Source of the DNA: a virus
Virus record (IMG/VR): IMGVR_UViG_3300036851_000411
Coordinates: 18,134 to 82,133 of that record
DNA: 64,000 nucleotides
Direction: 5' to 3' (one strand)
In this document: positions 37,295 through 46,884 of the stretch, piece after piece
How positions within the stretch are numbered: position 1 is the stretch's first letter
Layout: the number at the start of each line of letters is the position of its first letter
Notes under the pieces: generated by a model
Database searches by the model: none
Seen by the model: only the letters and a program-made list of their open reading frames with translations
Told to the model about the DNA's origin: nothing
Made by a program: the position numbers and the translations under genes

Positions 37295-37672
37295 ATGAGC
37301 GTGCGCGCGAAGATCGTTCGTGACGGTGAAGGCCGGTTGTACGGCATCCGCGTCAATTGCCCCGGCTGCGAGTCCGGCGCGCATGTGCTTCCGGTGTCGT
37401 GGCTGCCAGAGAGCGAGTCGATCGAGTCGCCGCACAGCGCCGGGAAGCCGCACTGGACTTTCAACGGCGACTTCGAGCGCCCGACGTTCGGCCCGTCCGT
37501 GCTATCACGAGGTACGTACGGCGAAGCCAACGAGGCGCGAGTTTGCCACTCCTTCGTGCGCGACGGACGCATCGAGTTCCTGAGCGATTGCACGCACGCG
37601 CTCGCAGGCCAGACCGTGGATCTCCCCGAGATCGCTGACACGGACAGTGAGGCCGATTGCCACGATGCCTAA
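37295..37672 (+). CDS. DUF6527-family protein
   Basis: CPGC, WTFNGDFERPTFGPSV, CHSFVRDGRIEFLSDCTH. Confidence 0.8.
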   Translation: MSVRAKIVRDGEGRLYGIRVNCPGCESGAHVLPVSWLPESESIESPHSAGKPHWTFNGDFERPTFGPSVLSRGTYGEANEARVCHSFVRDGRIEFLSDCTHALAGQTVDLPEIADTDSEADCHDA

Positions 37673-37793
37673 CGCACCTTCGACATCACCGTCGAGGCGA
37701 TTGACCGCCCGCACCGCCCGCTTGACGACGTTGACCTGTGACGCCGCTCGTCACGCCAGTCGAGCGCATCCCACTGCCTAACGGACCCGACCA

Positions 37794-38312
37794 ATGCCAA
37801 TGACGAACGCTCTCCTGACCAACGCACTCCGCTCCGCCTCGCTCGCGATTGCCATCACCCTCGCACTCGCCATCGCCGCCTGCACGTCTCCGACGGCGCC
37901 ACACGCCACGGCGCTACCGCACTCGCCGGCGTTCGGGATCTACGACGCCACCCGTCCGGCTCCGGTGATCATCAGTGCTGTGCGTGTGGACGCGTCCACG
38001 GTTCAGCTCACGTTCGTCGATAACGCCGAAGACGAGACGTTCGCGTCGGCCTACTTCACCAGCGCTGGGGATACTGGGCCGACCTCCACATCAAATCCGA
38101 TCTTCACTCCGATGGGGACGGGTGAGCGCGTCGTGGATGTGTATGCGCCGGCGGATAAGGTCTACGTGCGCTTGGATTTCGCGTGGGGGCCATTCCCGAC
38201 GACTGATACGAGCCTGCGCATCTGGGGGCCGTTCTCGGAGAGGGCGGAGGTCACGGCAGCAATCATCACCACCGCGACCGCGTGCAAGGCACACGGGAAG
38301 TGCAAGCCGTGA
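37794..38312 (+). CDS. Putative lipoprotein
   Basis: Hydrophobic signal ending IAAC (lipobox-like). Confidence 0.6.
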   Translation: MPMTNALLTNALRSASLAIAITLALAIAACTSPTAPHATALPHSPAFGIYDATRPAPVIISAVRVDASTVQLTFVDNAEDETFASAYFTSAGDTGPTSTSNPIFTPMGTGERVVDVYAPADKVYVRLDFAWGPFPTTDTSLRIWGPFSERAEVTAAIITTATACKAHGKCKP

Positions 38313-40489
38313 GCTGCCGAACGCTGACGCTCCGCCTGATGCTGGTCGCCGCCGCCTCATGCGGCGGCGGGCTGATTCCGGTCGCGGCGCAGGGCACGAG
38401 GGCGGACACGACGCTCGCGAACAACGCCCGTTCGCGCGTCACGGATTCGCTCCGCCTCGAGGCCGCCCGGAAGCAGGGCATCCGCAAGACCGTGATCACG
38501 CGGCTTGCGACGCGTGCGGACTCGCTGCTCCGCGATCACCTCAGGCCGATCGCTCCACCGCCACCTCCACCGCCTGTTACGCCGGCCGCGCCGGTTGCGT
38601 CGTTCGAGGTCGTGTGTGCGCAGCTCCAGTGTGCGTTCAACGCTGGCGCCAGTACCGGCGCGCGCCTGAGTCTCGCGTGGGACTGCGGTGCCTTTCCGAA
38701 CTGCACCAGCACCGCCTCGAGCTTCTCCTTCTCGTACCCGCACGAGGGTCCTCGCGTCGCTGCGCTGACTGTCCGTGACTCGTTAGGCCGGACGGCGAGC
38801 AAGAGCCAGACGTTCACCGTGCCTGGCATCCCGGTGCCAGTCGATACTGGCCCGCCGCTGCCTCCGCCTCCCCCGCCACCACCACCGCCAGTCGATACGA
38901 TCGTTGCGAACGTAACGGCGACGCCGCCGGCTGCTCCCGCGCCCGTGACTCCGTTCAATCTCACCAGCACGCGCATCGTTCGCGTCGCGCCGCCTATGGA
39001 CCTGCAGGCGGCGCTCAATGGTGCCACGCCGGGCACGGAGTTTCGTCTCGCGGCTGGCGCGACCTTCACGGGTGTGTTCACGCTTCCCGTTGTGTGCGGC
39101 GTTGGCGCGGTCACGCTCCGCACGGACATCAATGTGGATTCGCTGGTGCCACCGGACGCGCGGATGACGCCGACGAAGGCCGTGCCGCTCGCGAAGCTCG
39201 TCAACACCACCTACCAAGCGACGCTCAACATCGACGGCCCGAGCTGCAACATCCATCTCCTCGGGCTCGAGATCGCGTACACACCGCCGCCGAATTATCC
39301 ATCGATCAACTACGGGCTGTTGCTCCTGGGCAACGGCGGCTGGAAGGACGGCGGCGAGACACAGCTCACGGTCGACCGTGTGCCACGCAACATCCGCATC
39401 GACCGCAGCTATATCCATGGCTCGTCGATCAGCGAGCTGCGCCGCTGTGTAGCGCTGAACAGCGCGAACACGGCGATTGTGAACAGCTGGATCGACGAGT
39501 GTCACACGAGCGGCTTCGACGCGCAGGCGATCGCCGGGTGGAACGGGCCCGGGCCGTTCTTGATCGCGAACAACTACCTCGCTGGCAGCGGCGAGAACGT
39601 CATGTTCGGCGGCGCGGACCCCGCGATCCCGGCGCTCATTCCCGCCGACATCACGATCGACGGCAATCACATCACGAAGCCCAGCAGCTGGCTGGGTAAA
39701 TGGGCGCTGAAGAACCTCTTCGAGTTGAAGGACGCCCGCCGGGTGCTGTTCACCCGCAACGTGGTGCGCTACTCGCCGCCGTCAGGGCAGGAAGGCATGG
39801 CGATCGTGATCAAGTCGAGCATCGGCGGCGACCCGAGCAAGACATGGCAGGGCACGACCGATCTGGATATGAGCTGGAACATCGTCGACGAAGACGCCGT
39901 GGGTCTCAATCTGCAGGCGGTCGACTGCTCGGGTCAGGCGTGCACCGACGTGCATCTGGCCCGCGTCCGAGCCACGAACAACCTCTTCACCGGCGTAGGG
40001 ACGTTTCCCAACCGCAATTCGCTAATGCTGTTCGGCGGCGATCTGCGTGACGTGCTCATCGCCAACAACACGATGGTGCACGCGGCCACTGCGACCTACG
40101 GGCTGCCGATGACGTTGGCCTACGGCGGCGGGCTCGCGCGGAACATGGTGTGGCGCGACAACGTGCTCACCGCGCCGTCGGCGTATCTCGCGCACTTCAG
40201 CGACTCGGGCGTGGAGAGTCAGGTGAACCGCCGGGCGCTCGCGGCGTTCGTCAACGACGGCAGCTGGAGCTTTCAGCGCAACGTCGTTGGCGGCATCGAC
40301 CCGCAGTACCTGGGCAACCTTCCGAGCACGAGCTGGTATCCGTCGACCGTCGCAGCTATCGGCTTGGCGGCCGACTACTCGCTGCTCGCGACCTCGCCAT
40401 TCAAGGGCAAGGGCTTGAACGGCACGGATCCGGGGGCGGACATCGCCGAGCTCACGCGCCGGACCGCGGGCGTCGTGGTCGCGCCCTAA
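38309..40489 (+). CDS. Secreted PKD + right-handed beta-helix protein
   Basis: Signal-like N-terminus, poly-Pro linkers, PKD-like LTVRDSLG, NGPGPFLIANNYL, KNLFELK. Confidence 0.7.
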   Translation: MSCRTLTLRLMLVAAASCGGGLIPVAAQGTRADTTLANNARSRVTDSLRLEAARKQGIRKTVITRLATRADSLLRDHLRPIAPPPPPPPVTPAAPVASFEVVCAQLQCAFNAGASTGARLSLAWDCGAFPNCTSTASSFSFSYPHEGPRVAALTVRDSLGRTASKSQTFTVPGIPVPVDTGPPLPPPPPPPPPPVDTIVANVTATPPAAPAPVTPFNLTSTRIVRVAPPMDLQAALNGATPGTEFRLAAGATFTGVFTLPVVCGVGAVTLRTDINVDSLVPPDARMTPTKAVPLAKLVNTTYQATLNIDGPSCNIHLLGLEIAYTPPPNYPSINYGLLLLGNGGWKDGGETQLTVDRVPRNIRIDRSYIHGSSISELRRCVALNSANTAIVNSWIDECHTSGFDAQAIAGWNGPGPFLIANNYLAGSGENVMFGGADPAIPALIPADITIDGNHITKPSSWLGKWALKNLFELKDARRVLFTRNVVRYSPPSGQEGMAIVIKSSIGGDPSKTWQGTTDLDMSWNIVDEDAVGLNLQAVDCSGQACTDVHLARVRATNNLFTGVGTFPNRNSLMLFGGDLRDVLIANNTMVHAATATYGLPMTLAYGGGLARNMVWRDNVLTAPSAYLAHFSDSGVESQVNRRALAAFVNDGSWSFQRNVVGGIDPQYLGNLPSTSWYPSTVAAIGLAADYSLLATSPFKGKGLNGTDPGADIAELTRRTAGVVVAP

Positions 40490-40658
40490 CAGGACGTTAA
40501 CGCTCGGATATAATGTGCGCTTGTTGGATGGCGGCTGCAATGAAACGATGACGCTCGGGCGCTGCGCTGCGCCCATCCATGTCCGGCATGAGCCTCTTCG
40601 AATGGTGGGACCTGCCGGGCTTTACGTCGATTGGGCTCGCGTTCCTACGCCCGGCGGG

Positions 40659-40895
40659 TCATCCCCGCAAGTCCCGTCGACGCCGGTCGATCGCCCGCCG
40701 GAGGTCGCCTAACGACGCGCGCTCCCAAGCCGCGAAGGTGCGCTCTTCGAAAGACGCCAGCTCGTCGGGCCCCATCGAGGCCACGCGCTCGCACCAGAGC
40801 CTCACCGTCTCCGACGGGGCAGGGCCCACACCGCCCGAATCGGCGCTCGGTGTGTCGTCAGTCACGGGACGCGAACCGGAAGCGAAGTGACGCAC
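40659..40895 (-). CDS. small hypothetical protein
   Basis: Amphipathic helical C-terminus; start uncertain. Confidence 0.45.
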   Translation of the reverse strand: MRHFASGSRPVTDDTPSADSGGVGPAPSETVRLWCERVASMGPDELASFEERTFAAWERASLGDLRRAIDRRRRDLRG

Positions 40896-41167
40896 CGAGT
40901 GACCAGCCGGGTCTGTAACACGCCGGGGTCATCATCAGCGAGAGGCTAAGAGAACCGCCCAAGGCGGTCACAGGGGTTGGATTCGGCCATTTTGGCCCGT
41001 GCGTCAGTCAATGCGTCCACTGCATGCAAATAGACTCTCGCCACATAGCGCCAAGCAGTCCGATATTGCGGGGCCCGCCGCATCGCGTTACCGTAGCCCG
41101 CCCAACCGAACTGACCAGAAACTAACCGCAGTGCCCGCCACCCTGTTCCCGCCCTGGTCACCGCTCA

Positions 41168-41569
41168 GTGATTTCTCTCTGCGAGAGCTCCACCTCCGCT
41201 GCCCCAGCGCTCGACGCCGCGGCCGATCCCGCCGTTGCGGATCACACCGATTCGCTCCCGACCGACCCGTCCGTGCGCGTTCCCGCCGGCCCGCTGCTCC
41301 CCGCTGGTGCGGAGATCGCGATCCTCATGACCGGCGCGAAGATGAACGGGACCACCGCGCTGTCGATCGGCGACCCGGCTCACGAGCACGAGTATGCGTA
41401 CATCCGGCTCGACAACCGGGTCTACGATGCCGAGACCTATTGCATTCTGCAGACGCTGGCCTCTCACATTGCGGATCTCGGCCTCGTGAGTGCGCTCGCG
41501 AGCGTTGCGAAGCCGAGCCTCGCGCTCGTTGACGACCCATCACCATCGGCACCAGTAGCAACGGGATAA
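41168..41569 (+). CDS. hypothetical protein
   Basis: ORF ending at a terminator hairpin. Confidence 0.5.
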   Translation: MISLCESSTSAAPALDAAADPAVADHTDSLPTDPSVRVPAGPLLPAGAEIAILMTGAKMNGTTALSIGDPAHEHEYAYIRLDNRVYDAETYCILQTLASHIADLGLVSALASVAKPSLALVDDPSPSAPVATG

Positions 41570-41576
41570 AACGAGA

Positions 41577-41600
41577 GCGGGCCCCGACCCCGGGGCCCGC
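41577..41600. terminator. Hairpin between convergent genes
   Basis: GCGGGCCCCG-ACCC-CGGGGCCCGC, perfect 10-bp stem. Confidence 0.65.
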
Positions 41601-41659
41601 ATCCACCGTCGCATCCACACGACTGCCCATCGCTTCGCTCGTGCAGCTGGTGACGCTGA

Positions 41660-42253
41660 CTACCGTTTCCTGCCCGACCTGCGACTGCCGGCGGCTTTCT
41701 TCGCCGGTTGTTCACGCCCCGCGGTGGGCGGTGCCGGTGCCGGTCGGTAGCTGACCCTCGGCAACCCCTCGGCGACTGCTGGGGCCTCCACCCGATACGC
41801 GCGCAGCACCTCGAGCTCGGCGGCCTCGCCACCGACCACGTACGCGAGCGTCCGCCCAGACAGCGCGGCGACGGCGACGTTCTCGTCGTTGTAGAGGTCC
41901 AGCACGCCGAGCTCCGCCCGCGAGATGCGGGACTGGTCGACGACCAGTCCGGTCATCGACGCGATCAGGTCCGCGAAATCCCCCTGCGACATCGCCACCG
42001 GCGGCTGCATGCGGGCGCCGGCCTCGAGCCGGCACCGCTTGAGCCGCCGTCCTCGTTCGACCTTCGCCTGCTTCCCGACTTCGGTCGGCGGGAGTACCGC
42101 CCCCGCGGCCGACCGGCCCCCTGTGCCTCCGGCCACAACCTTCCTCCAGAATGAGGTCGATCCGAACCCGGCTGGCGACCCGGTTGCCAGCCCTGGTGTC
42201 CTGGTCGGTCTCGTGCTCCTACCTGTGCGCGTGCTTGTGCTCGGTACAGTCAT
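41660..42253 (-). CDS. XRE-family HTH repressor (CI-like)
   Basis: GRRLKRCR..MSQGDFADLI..VDQSRISRAELG; divergent from the early operon; start uncertain. Confidence 0.7.
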   Translation of the reverse strand: MTVPSTSTRTGRSTRPTRTPGLATGSPAGFGSTSFWRKVVAGGTGGRSAAGAVLPPTEVGKQAKVERGRRLKRCRLEAGARMQPPVAMSQGDFADLIASMTGLVVDQSRISRAELGVLDLYNDENVAVAALSGRTLAYVVGGEAAELEVLRAYRVEAPAVAEGLPRVSYRPAPAPPTAGREQPAKKAAGSRRSGRKR

Positions 42254-42330
42254 CGGTCTCGATCCCCCCGCCGGAGAAGCCGTCCCCGCCGCACTGCGAA
42301 CGTCGTTGCGTACAACTATGCGATCGGGGC

Positions 42331-42358
42331 TTGACGGGATGTGATTAGTGCATAAGTT
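42331..42358 (+). promoter_or_regulatory. Early promoter with operator copy 6 (42338-42354)
   Basis: TTGACG-16-TAAGTT enclosing GATGTGATTAGTGCATA. Confidence 0.7.
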
Positions 42359-42364
42359 ATGCTC

Positions 42365-42766
42365 ATGCACGAGCGACATAATACACCCGACAGGGCGCGG
42401 CGCGCAATCGAGCGTCGCATCCGCGCCACAGATATCCGGGTGCTCCGTCTCGGGGGCGACTCCGAGGATCGGCGTCGCAAGTTCACGCGGTTCATCGCGA
42501 GCCGCACCGGCTACTCCGAGGGCTACGTCAGTAACCATCTGTGGGGTCATCGAGGGAAGGGTGGGCGTCCACGGTTCGCGCTGTATCTCGAGATCTACCT
42601 CGCCGGGTTCTTTGGCGATCGGATGGATCTCAAAGCATTGCCGCCTGCAGCGAAAGACGTGGTGGTGTACGCGGAACCGGTCGAGGATGCCGGCGATGTC
42701 GAGACGTTGATCGATGTGCGCGACGCGGCGCACGCGGCCACGCAAAAACCCAGCCAGGGTGCGTGA
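42365..42766 (+). CDS. Cro-like HTH protein
   Basis: IASRTGYSEGYVSNHLWG HTH-like; first gene of the rightward operon. Confidence 0.55.
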   Translation: MHERHNTPDRARRAIERRIRATDIRVLRLGGDSEDRRRKFTRFIASRTGYSEGYVSNHLWGHRGKGGRPRFALYLEIYLAGFFGDRMDLKALPPAAKDVVVYAEPVEDAGDVETLIDVRDAAHAATQKPSQGA

Positions 42767-42866
42767 ACACCACTGGCTGGGGGCAAGGAGGCGACTGCAG
42801 GCGATACGGGCTGCCTGAGTCGACCGCACGATAGACGAAGCCTGGGGCGCAAGGCAAGAGGCAGAC

Positions 42867-43517
42867 ATGGAACACCCCGAGACAGTTTCACCGCCGGTGA
42901 TGCTGTACGCCGGCTCCGACGGAGCGCCGGGCGACAGTGCGAACAAGGGCACATCACCGACGCCCAATCTTGTATTCCCAACCAAACCCGAACGGCCAGC
43001 GCCGGGCACGGTCTTGCCGTGCGAGAGCTGCAACGGCGGCACGTGGCGCGACCCGTTAGGCGCTGACGACGCCCTCTGCGCGCGATGCCAGGGCTCCGGC
43101 AGTGTCACCGTTCGGAGCCAGGCGGACCTGACCGCGCTGATGCACGCGTGGGAGGCCGAGGGCGCTGTGTGGGCGCTCCAGGAGGTCGAGGGCTTCGGTT
43201 ACCACTACGACGAGCTCAAGGCATACGCCGTGGCTCGCGGGCGGACACTAGCGAAGGCGGCCGAGAGTCGCGCACGCCAGAAAAAACAGCAGGAACATCA
43301 GCGCCTCCAGCAGCTTGCCGAGTCGCTCGATCTCATTCCCGATTCGGAGGCTGACCACGAAGAGCGCATGCGCGTGCGCACGGTGTTTCGGGCGCTGGTG
43401 ATCGACCGGTTCGACCGATTGATCGGTGCCATCGATCGACTCGGCTCGACCATCGCGCACACGAGTGCCGAGCAGATCGACCAGATGGTGCACGAGAGCC
43501 GGAGGAGCGAGCGATGA
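42867..43517 (+). CDS. Zn-finger hypothetical protein
   Basis: CESCNG..CARCQGSG. Confidence 0.6.
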   Translation: MEHPETVSPPVMLYAGSDGAPGDSANKGTSPTPNLVFPTKPERPAPGTVLPCESCNGGTWRDPLGADDALCARCQGSGSVTVRSQADLTALMHAWEAEGAVWALQEVEGFGYHYDELKAYAVARGRTLAKAAESRARQKKQQEHQRLQQLAESLDLIPDSEADHEERMRVRTVFRALVIDRFDRLIGAIDRLGSTIAHTSAEQIDQMVHESRRSER

Positions 43518-44464
43518 CCGCCGCCGCGCTCGTCCGCCCCTCTCCGCGCAACGTGGCCGCCATCCTCGATGCACTCGCCGCGCCGTTCGCGGCCGAGCAT
43601 GTCGGATGGATGCTGCGCGATGGGAAGCTCGACAACAACGTGCCGAAATCGGTGGCGGTGCCGTTCATCGACATCTGCGCCGTGATGGACCGGCTCGACC
43701 AGGTGCTCGGACCGGAGAACTGGAAGGACGACTACCGTCCGGTGCCGAATTCCACGACGGGCTTGCTCTGCGAGCTCTCGATCCGGATCTGGCGTGAGGA
43801 CGAGGGCTACACGTGGCTCACGAAGGTCGATGGTGCCGACCCGACGGCGATCGAGCGCACGAAAGGGGGGATTTCGAGCGCGATGAAGCGCGCCGCGGTG
43901 CGGTTCGGCATCGGTCGCTATCTGCACCGGCTGCCCAAGATGTACGCGTCGTTCGTGCTCGACCGGAGGCGACAGGGCCCGGGGAGGTACTTCGGCTATG
44001 TCAAGGCGTCGAAGGACGACAAGCGCGGTGTTGGCTTTGCGTGGAACCCGCCGACGTTGCCGTCGTGGGCACTGCCTAACGGCAGCGGATGGCCGGGGCC
44101 GACGCGCACGAGCGAAGGAGACAAAAAGGGAGACACAAAGACTGACCGGACCCGAGGCGGCCAGAGCAACGCTGCCGCCGCCTCACATACCGCTGGGGCG
44201 GCAGGAGTCCCTGCCGGCGGGGTGTCTGAGTCAGGGTCGTCGTCCGAAGGCGCCCCCATCGACCCATGCCGCATCGAGCTTCCAAAGCTGATCGGCTTCA
44301 CCGACCTGCGCGGCGTGCCGTTAGGCAAGATCCCGGTCGCCGATCTCCGACGTATCCACCGGCACGTCGAGAAGCGGAAGCCGCACTTGGCGGAGAAGGT
44401 TGCGCACGTGATCGCTGCGTGCGAACAGGCCCCCGGAGGGCGCATCGATGACCTGCCGTTCTGA
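43514..44464 (+). CDS. Rad52/22-family single-strand annealing protein
   Basis: VMDRLDQVLGPENW, KGGISSAMKRAAVRFGIGRYL; acidic tail DDLPF. Confidence 0.9.
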   Translation: MTAAALVRPSPRNVAAILDALAAPFAAEHVGWMLRDGKLDNNVPKSVAVPFIDICAVMDRLDQVLGPENWKDDYRPVPNSTTGLLCELSIRIWREDEGYTWLTKVDGADPTAIERTKGGISSAMKRAAVRFGIGRYLHRLPKMYASFVLDRRRQGPGRYFGYVKASKDDKRGVGFAWNPPTLPSWALPNGSGWPGPTRTSEGDKKGDTKTDRTRGGQSNAAAASHTAGAAGVPAGGVSESGSSSEGAPIDPCRIELPKLIGFTDLRGVPLGKIPVADLRRIHRHVEKRKPHLAEKVAHVIAACEQAPGGRIDDLPF

Positions 44465-44475
44465 GGGCGTCGGCC

Positions 44476-44832
44476 ATGGCGATCACCGAGAAGAGTGCTC
44501 GGTGCCGCAAGTGCGGATGGTTCCTCCCGGAACCGCCCGCCGAGCAGGCCTGCGGCATGTGTGGCAGTGGAGCGGGCGACCCGATCGAGCTGACGGCGCT
44601 CGACCGCATCTACCTCCTGGTGCGGGCGGCGCAGCGGTTGCGGGCGAAGCTGGAATCCGAGGCCGGGCTCGACGATCGGACGTACTGGGACCGGAAGCTG
44701 TTCAACCACTACATCGACCAGGACCAGCAGCCGTCCCCGGAAGGGTTCACGGTGCAGACGCCGATCGCCGACATGGCCAGGAAGATCAAGGAGGAGTCGG
44801 GGGTCTGGCGTCAGGCGGGGTGCCCGGTATGA
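44476..44832 (+). CDS. Zn-ribbon hypothetical protein
   Basis: CRKC..CGMC. Confidence 0.55.
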   Translation: MAITEKSARCRKCGWFLPEPPAEQACGMCGSGAGDPIELTALDRIYLLVRAAQRLRAKLESEAGLDDRTYWDRKLFNHYIDQDQQPSPEGFTVQTPIADMARKIKEESGVWRQAGCPV

Positions 44833-45128
44833 CGCGCCCGAAACCACGATGCGAATGGTGCGGTGCCGTGATTCCCGCCCGGCGATTGGAGCGGGTGAGT
44901 TCCATGCGTGGCGCGTGGAGCTTCTGCTCGGATCACTGCGAGCGCGATGAGCGCGTCGCGAACGCTGGCGGCGGGGATGGCGAAGTGGCTGACGTTAGGC
45001 AACCGCGCTGCTCCGCGGAGTCCTGCGCTTGTGGCGCGTATCGCCCGCGGGACGACGGCGAGGAGGCATGCCACTGCGGGTGCCGGTGGTGCGACAACTC
45101 TCTCTTTCAGCCAGAGCGGATCGACTGA
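44829..45128 (+). CDS. Cys-rich hypothetical protein
   Basis: CEWCG..FCSDHC; coupled. Confidence 0.5.
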   Translation: MTRPKPRCEWCGAVIPARRLERVSSMRGAWSFCSDHCERDERVANAGGGDGEVADVRQPRCSAESCACGAYRPRDDGEEACHCGCRWCDNSLFQPERID

Positions 45129-45517
45129 TGCAGATCCTCGCGGACAAGGTGGAGACGTTCATCGGCACGCTCGAGTCGCGCGCTACCCAGCGAGAGAAGG
45201 AGGGCGCGAACACTGCGCTCGCCTACCGCAGCATCGCGGCGGAGCTGCGGACGAAGCTCGACGAGTGGATGCACACGGCCCTCAAGATCAGCGAGGCCGT
45301 CGAGGTGAGCGGGTACAGCAAGGCGCAGCTCAACAACCTGCGCCGGCAGGGGCTCACGACGTTCTGTTTGTGCGACCTCCCGATCAAGCCGCGCCCGCGG
45401 AAGCCGGCGCTCGTTACCCGGGCGCGTGTGTCGAAGGGGAAGGGAAGCGGAAAGGGTGCACCGCGCCGGAAAGGCCCCGAGCTCGCCGCGTCGATGCTCC
45501 GACGGAGGCACGGATGA
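45128..45517 (+). CDS. Excisionase-like HTH protein
   Basis: LKISEAVEVSGYSKAQLNNLRRQG; resembles 53626-54009. Confidence 0.55.
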   Translation: MQILADKVETFIGTLESRATQREKEGANTALAYRSIAAELRTKLDEWMHTALKISEAVEVSGYSKAQLNNLRRQGLTTFCLCDLPIKPRPRKPALVTRARVSKGKGSGKGAPRRKGPELAASMLRRRHG

Positions 45518-46023
45518 CGGTGCTCCGTGTCGTCACCATGAGCGCCGAACGGGTGGCGGAGTACCGGCCAGCGCCGGGCGACATCTGCATCTCGATCACG
45601 AGCGACGCCAACCGGCCGGCGCAGTTGGCTTACGGATTCGCCGACGTGCTCCGACTCACGTTCATCGATGACCCGTTCCCGAATCCGAATCGGCCGCCGC
45701 AAGGCATCCAGCCGGTGCACGCCGATGGGATTGCGGCGCTCATTGCGAAACACATCGATCAGCCAGTGACGTGTGTCGTGCACTGCATGGTCGGCACGTC
45801 GCGCTCTCCGGCGATCGCGCTCGCGCTTGAAGACGCGGGGCTCGTTCGGTACGAGCGACCATGGTGGTGGACTCGTCTCGCCGAGGAGGAGCACCGCGCT
45901 CACATCACGCTGTCGGCGGTCTACCGCGAGGTGACCGAGGCGGTGCATCGCTACGGCGAGCAGCACGACCTGATGTGGCCCGTGATGGAAGAGATCGCGC
46001 GCCGGCAGCGAGGTGCCGAGTGA
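45514..46023 (+). CDS. Protein-tyrosine/dual-specificity phosphatase-like protein
   Basis: CX5R loop VVHCMVGTSRS; ISIT, LRLTFID. Confidence 0.8.
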   Translation: MTVLRVVTMSAERVAEYRPAPGDICISITSDANRPAQLAYGFADVLRLTFIDDPFPNPNRPPQGIQPVHADGIAALIAKHIDQPVTCVVHCMVGTSRSPAIALALEDAGLVRYERPWWWTRLAEEEHRAHITLSAVYREVTEAVHRYGEQHDLMWPVMEEIARRQRGAE

Positions 46024-46607
46024 CGACCGCGATGCACATGCTCCATCCGCCGACGACCGCGCGCCGTGGGTCCGTCACTCGATGCGAGCACTGTGGCGCG
46101 ATGCGACCCGTGATCACCCCGGTCACCATCGAGGACGAGGCGCTGCGTGCGTTGGCGGTCGACCTCGACGGCGCCACTGACGGCGCCTGGCGGTTCTTCC
46201 GCACGCTGTTCGATGTCGCCGAGCCACCCACGACGGTCGACGAGCTCGTGTACGCGCTGGCCGTCGACCGTACGATGCTGTGCGCCCGGTTCCACCGCGC
46301 GGGACTGGGGCCGGTGGGGAACTACGTGCGGATGGCGCTCCTCATCCGTGCCGCCCGCGCCCTCGAGCTGTCGACCGCACGGCTGCCGGTCGTCGCCACG
46401 ACGCTAGGCTGGGCCACGGCCGGCTCGTTCGCCAAGTCGGTGCAGGGAACACTCGGTATCTCGATGCGTCTCTTTCGCAGCTACTACACGGGCCGCGTCA
46501 TGCTTGACCGGTTCCGCATGGAGCTCGTGGTGCCGCACGCCGATCTGTTTCGTGGGATGGACCCGTTGGCCGCCGGCGCGCGACGGAGGGACCGCCGACG
46601 TGCCTAA
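46020..46607 (+). CDS. AraC-like HTH regulator
   Basis: TVDELVYALAVDRTMLCARF..VATTLGWATAGSFAKSV..FR. Confidence 0.65.
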   Translation: MTTAMHMLHPPTTARRGSVTRCEHCGAMRPVITPVTIEDEALRALAVDLDGATDGAWRFFRTLFDVAEPPTTVDELVYALAVDRTMLCARFHRAGLGPVGNYVRMALLIRAARALELSTARLPVVATTLGWATAGSFAKSVQGTLGISMRLFRSYYTGRVMLDRFRMELVVPHADLFRGMDPLAAGARRRDRRRA

Positions 46608-46884
46608 CCACACTCGTAACACGACGCCCAAGGTCTTCATCTTCGCGGCGAATAGCGGTGTCGCGCATCTCGTCGCGCGAGAGATCGGGATCCCCGCCGG
46701 AGCGTTCTGGGTGCTCGACCATCCGCGCCAGCTCGATGGAGTGTCGAGGGGCCGGCTCGTCATCGAGGAGGAGGGAGCGGTGGACCGGCGCGACTACGCC
46801 GACATGCACGACGAGATGCAGGTGCATGAGTGCCAGATAGCGCGGGTCAGTCTCGACAAGCTGATGGGCGTGGTGCGTCGATGA
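46600..46884 (+). CDS. hypothetical protein
   Basis: Coupled ORF. Confidence 0.5.
   Translation: MPNHTRNTTPKVFIFAANSGVAHLVAREIGIPAGAFWVLDHPRQLDGVSRGRLVIEEEGAVDRRDYADMHDEMQVHECQIARVSLDKLMGVVRR

Noticed and set aside
4360-39670. Long antisense or alternate-frame ORFs (e.g. 4360-5811, 7954-9195, 16169-17425, 18012-19250, 30021-31295)
   Set aside because: High-GC shadow ORFs, Arg/Pro-rich, overlapping well-supported genes
41660-43108. 482-aa minus-strand ORF as a single gene
   Set aside because: Its 5' part overlaps the early promoter and two plus-strand genes; only the HTH-containing 3' part is credible
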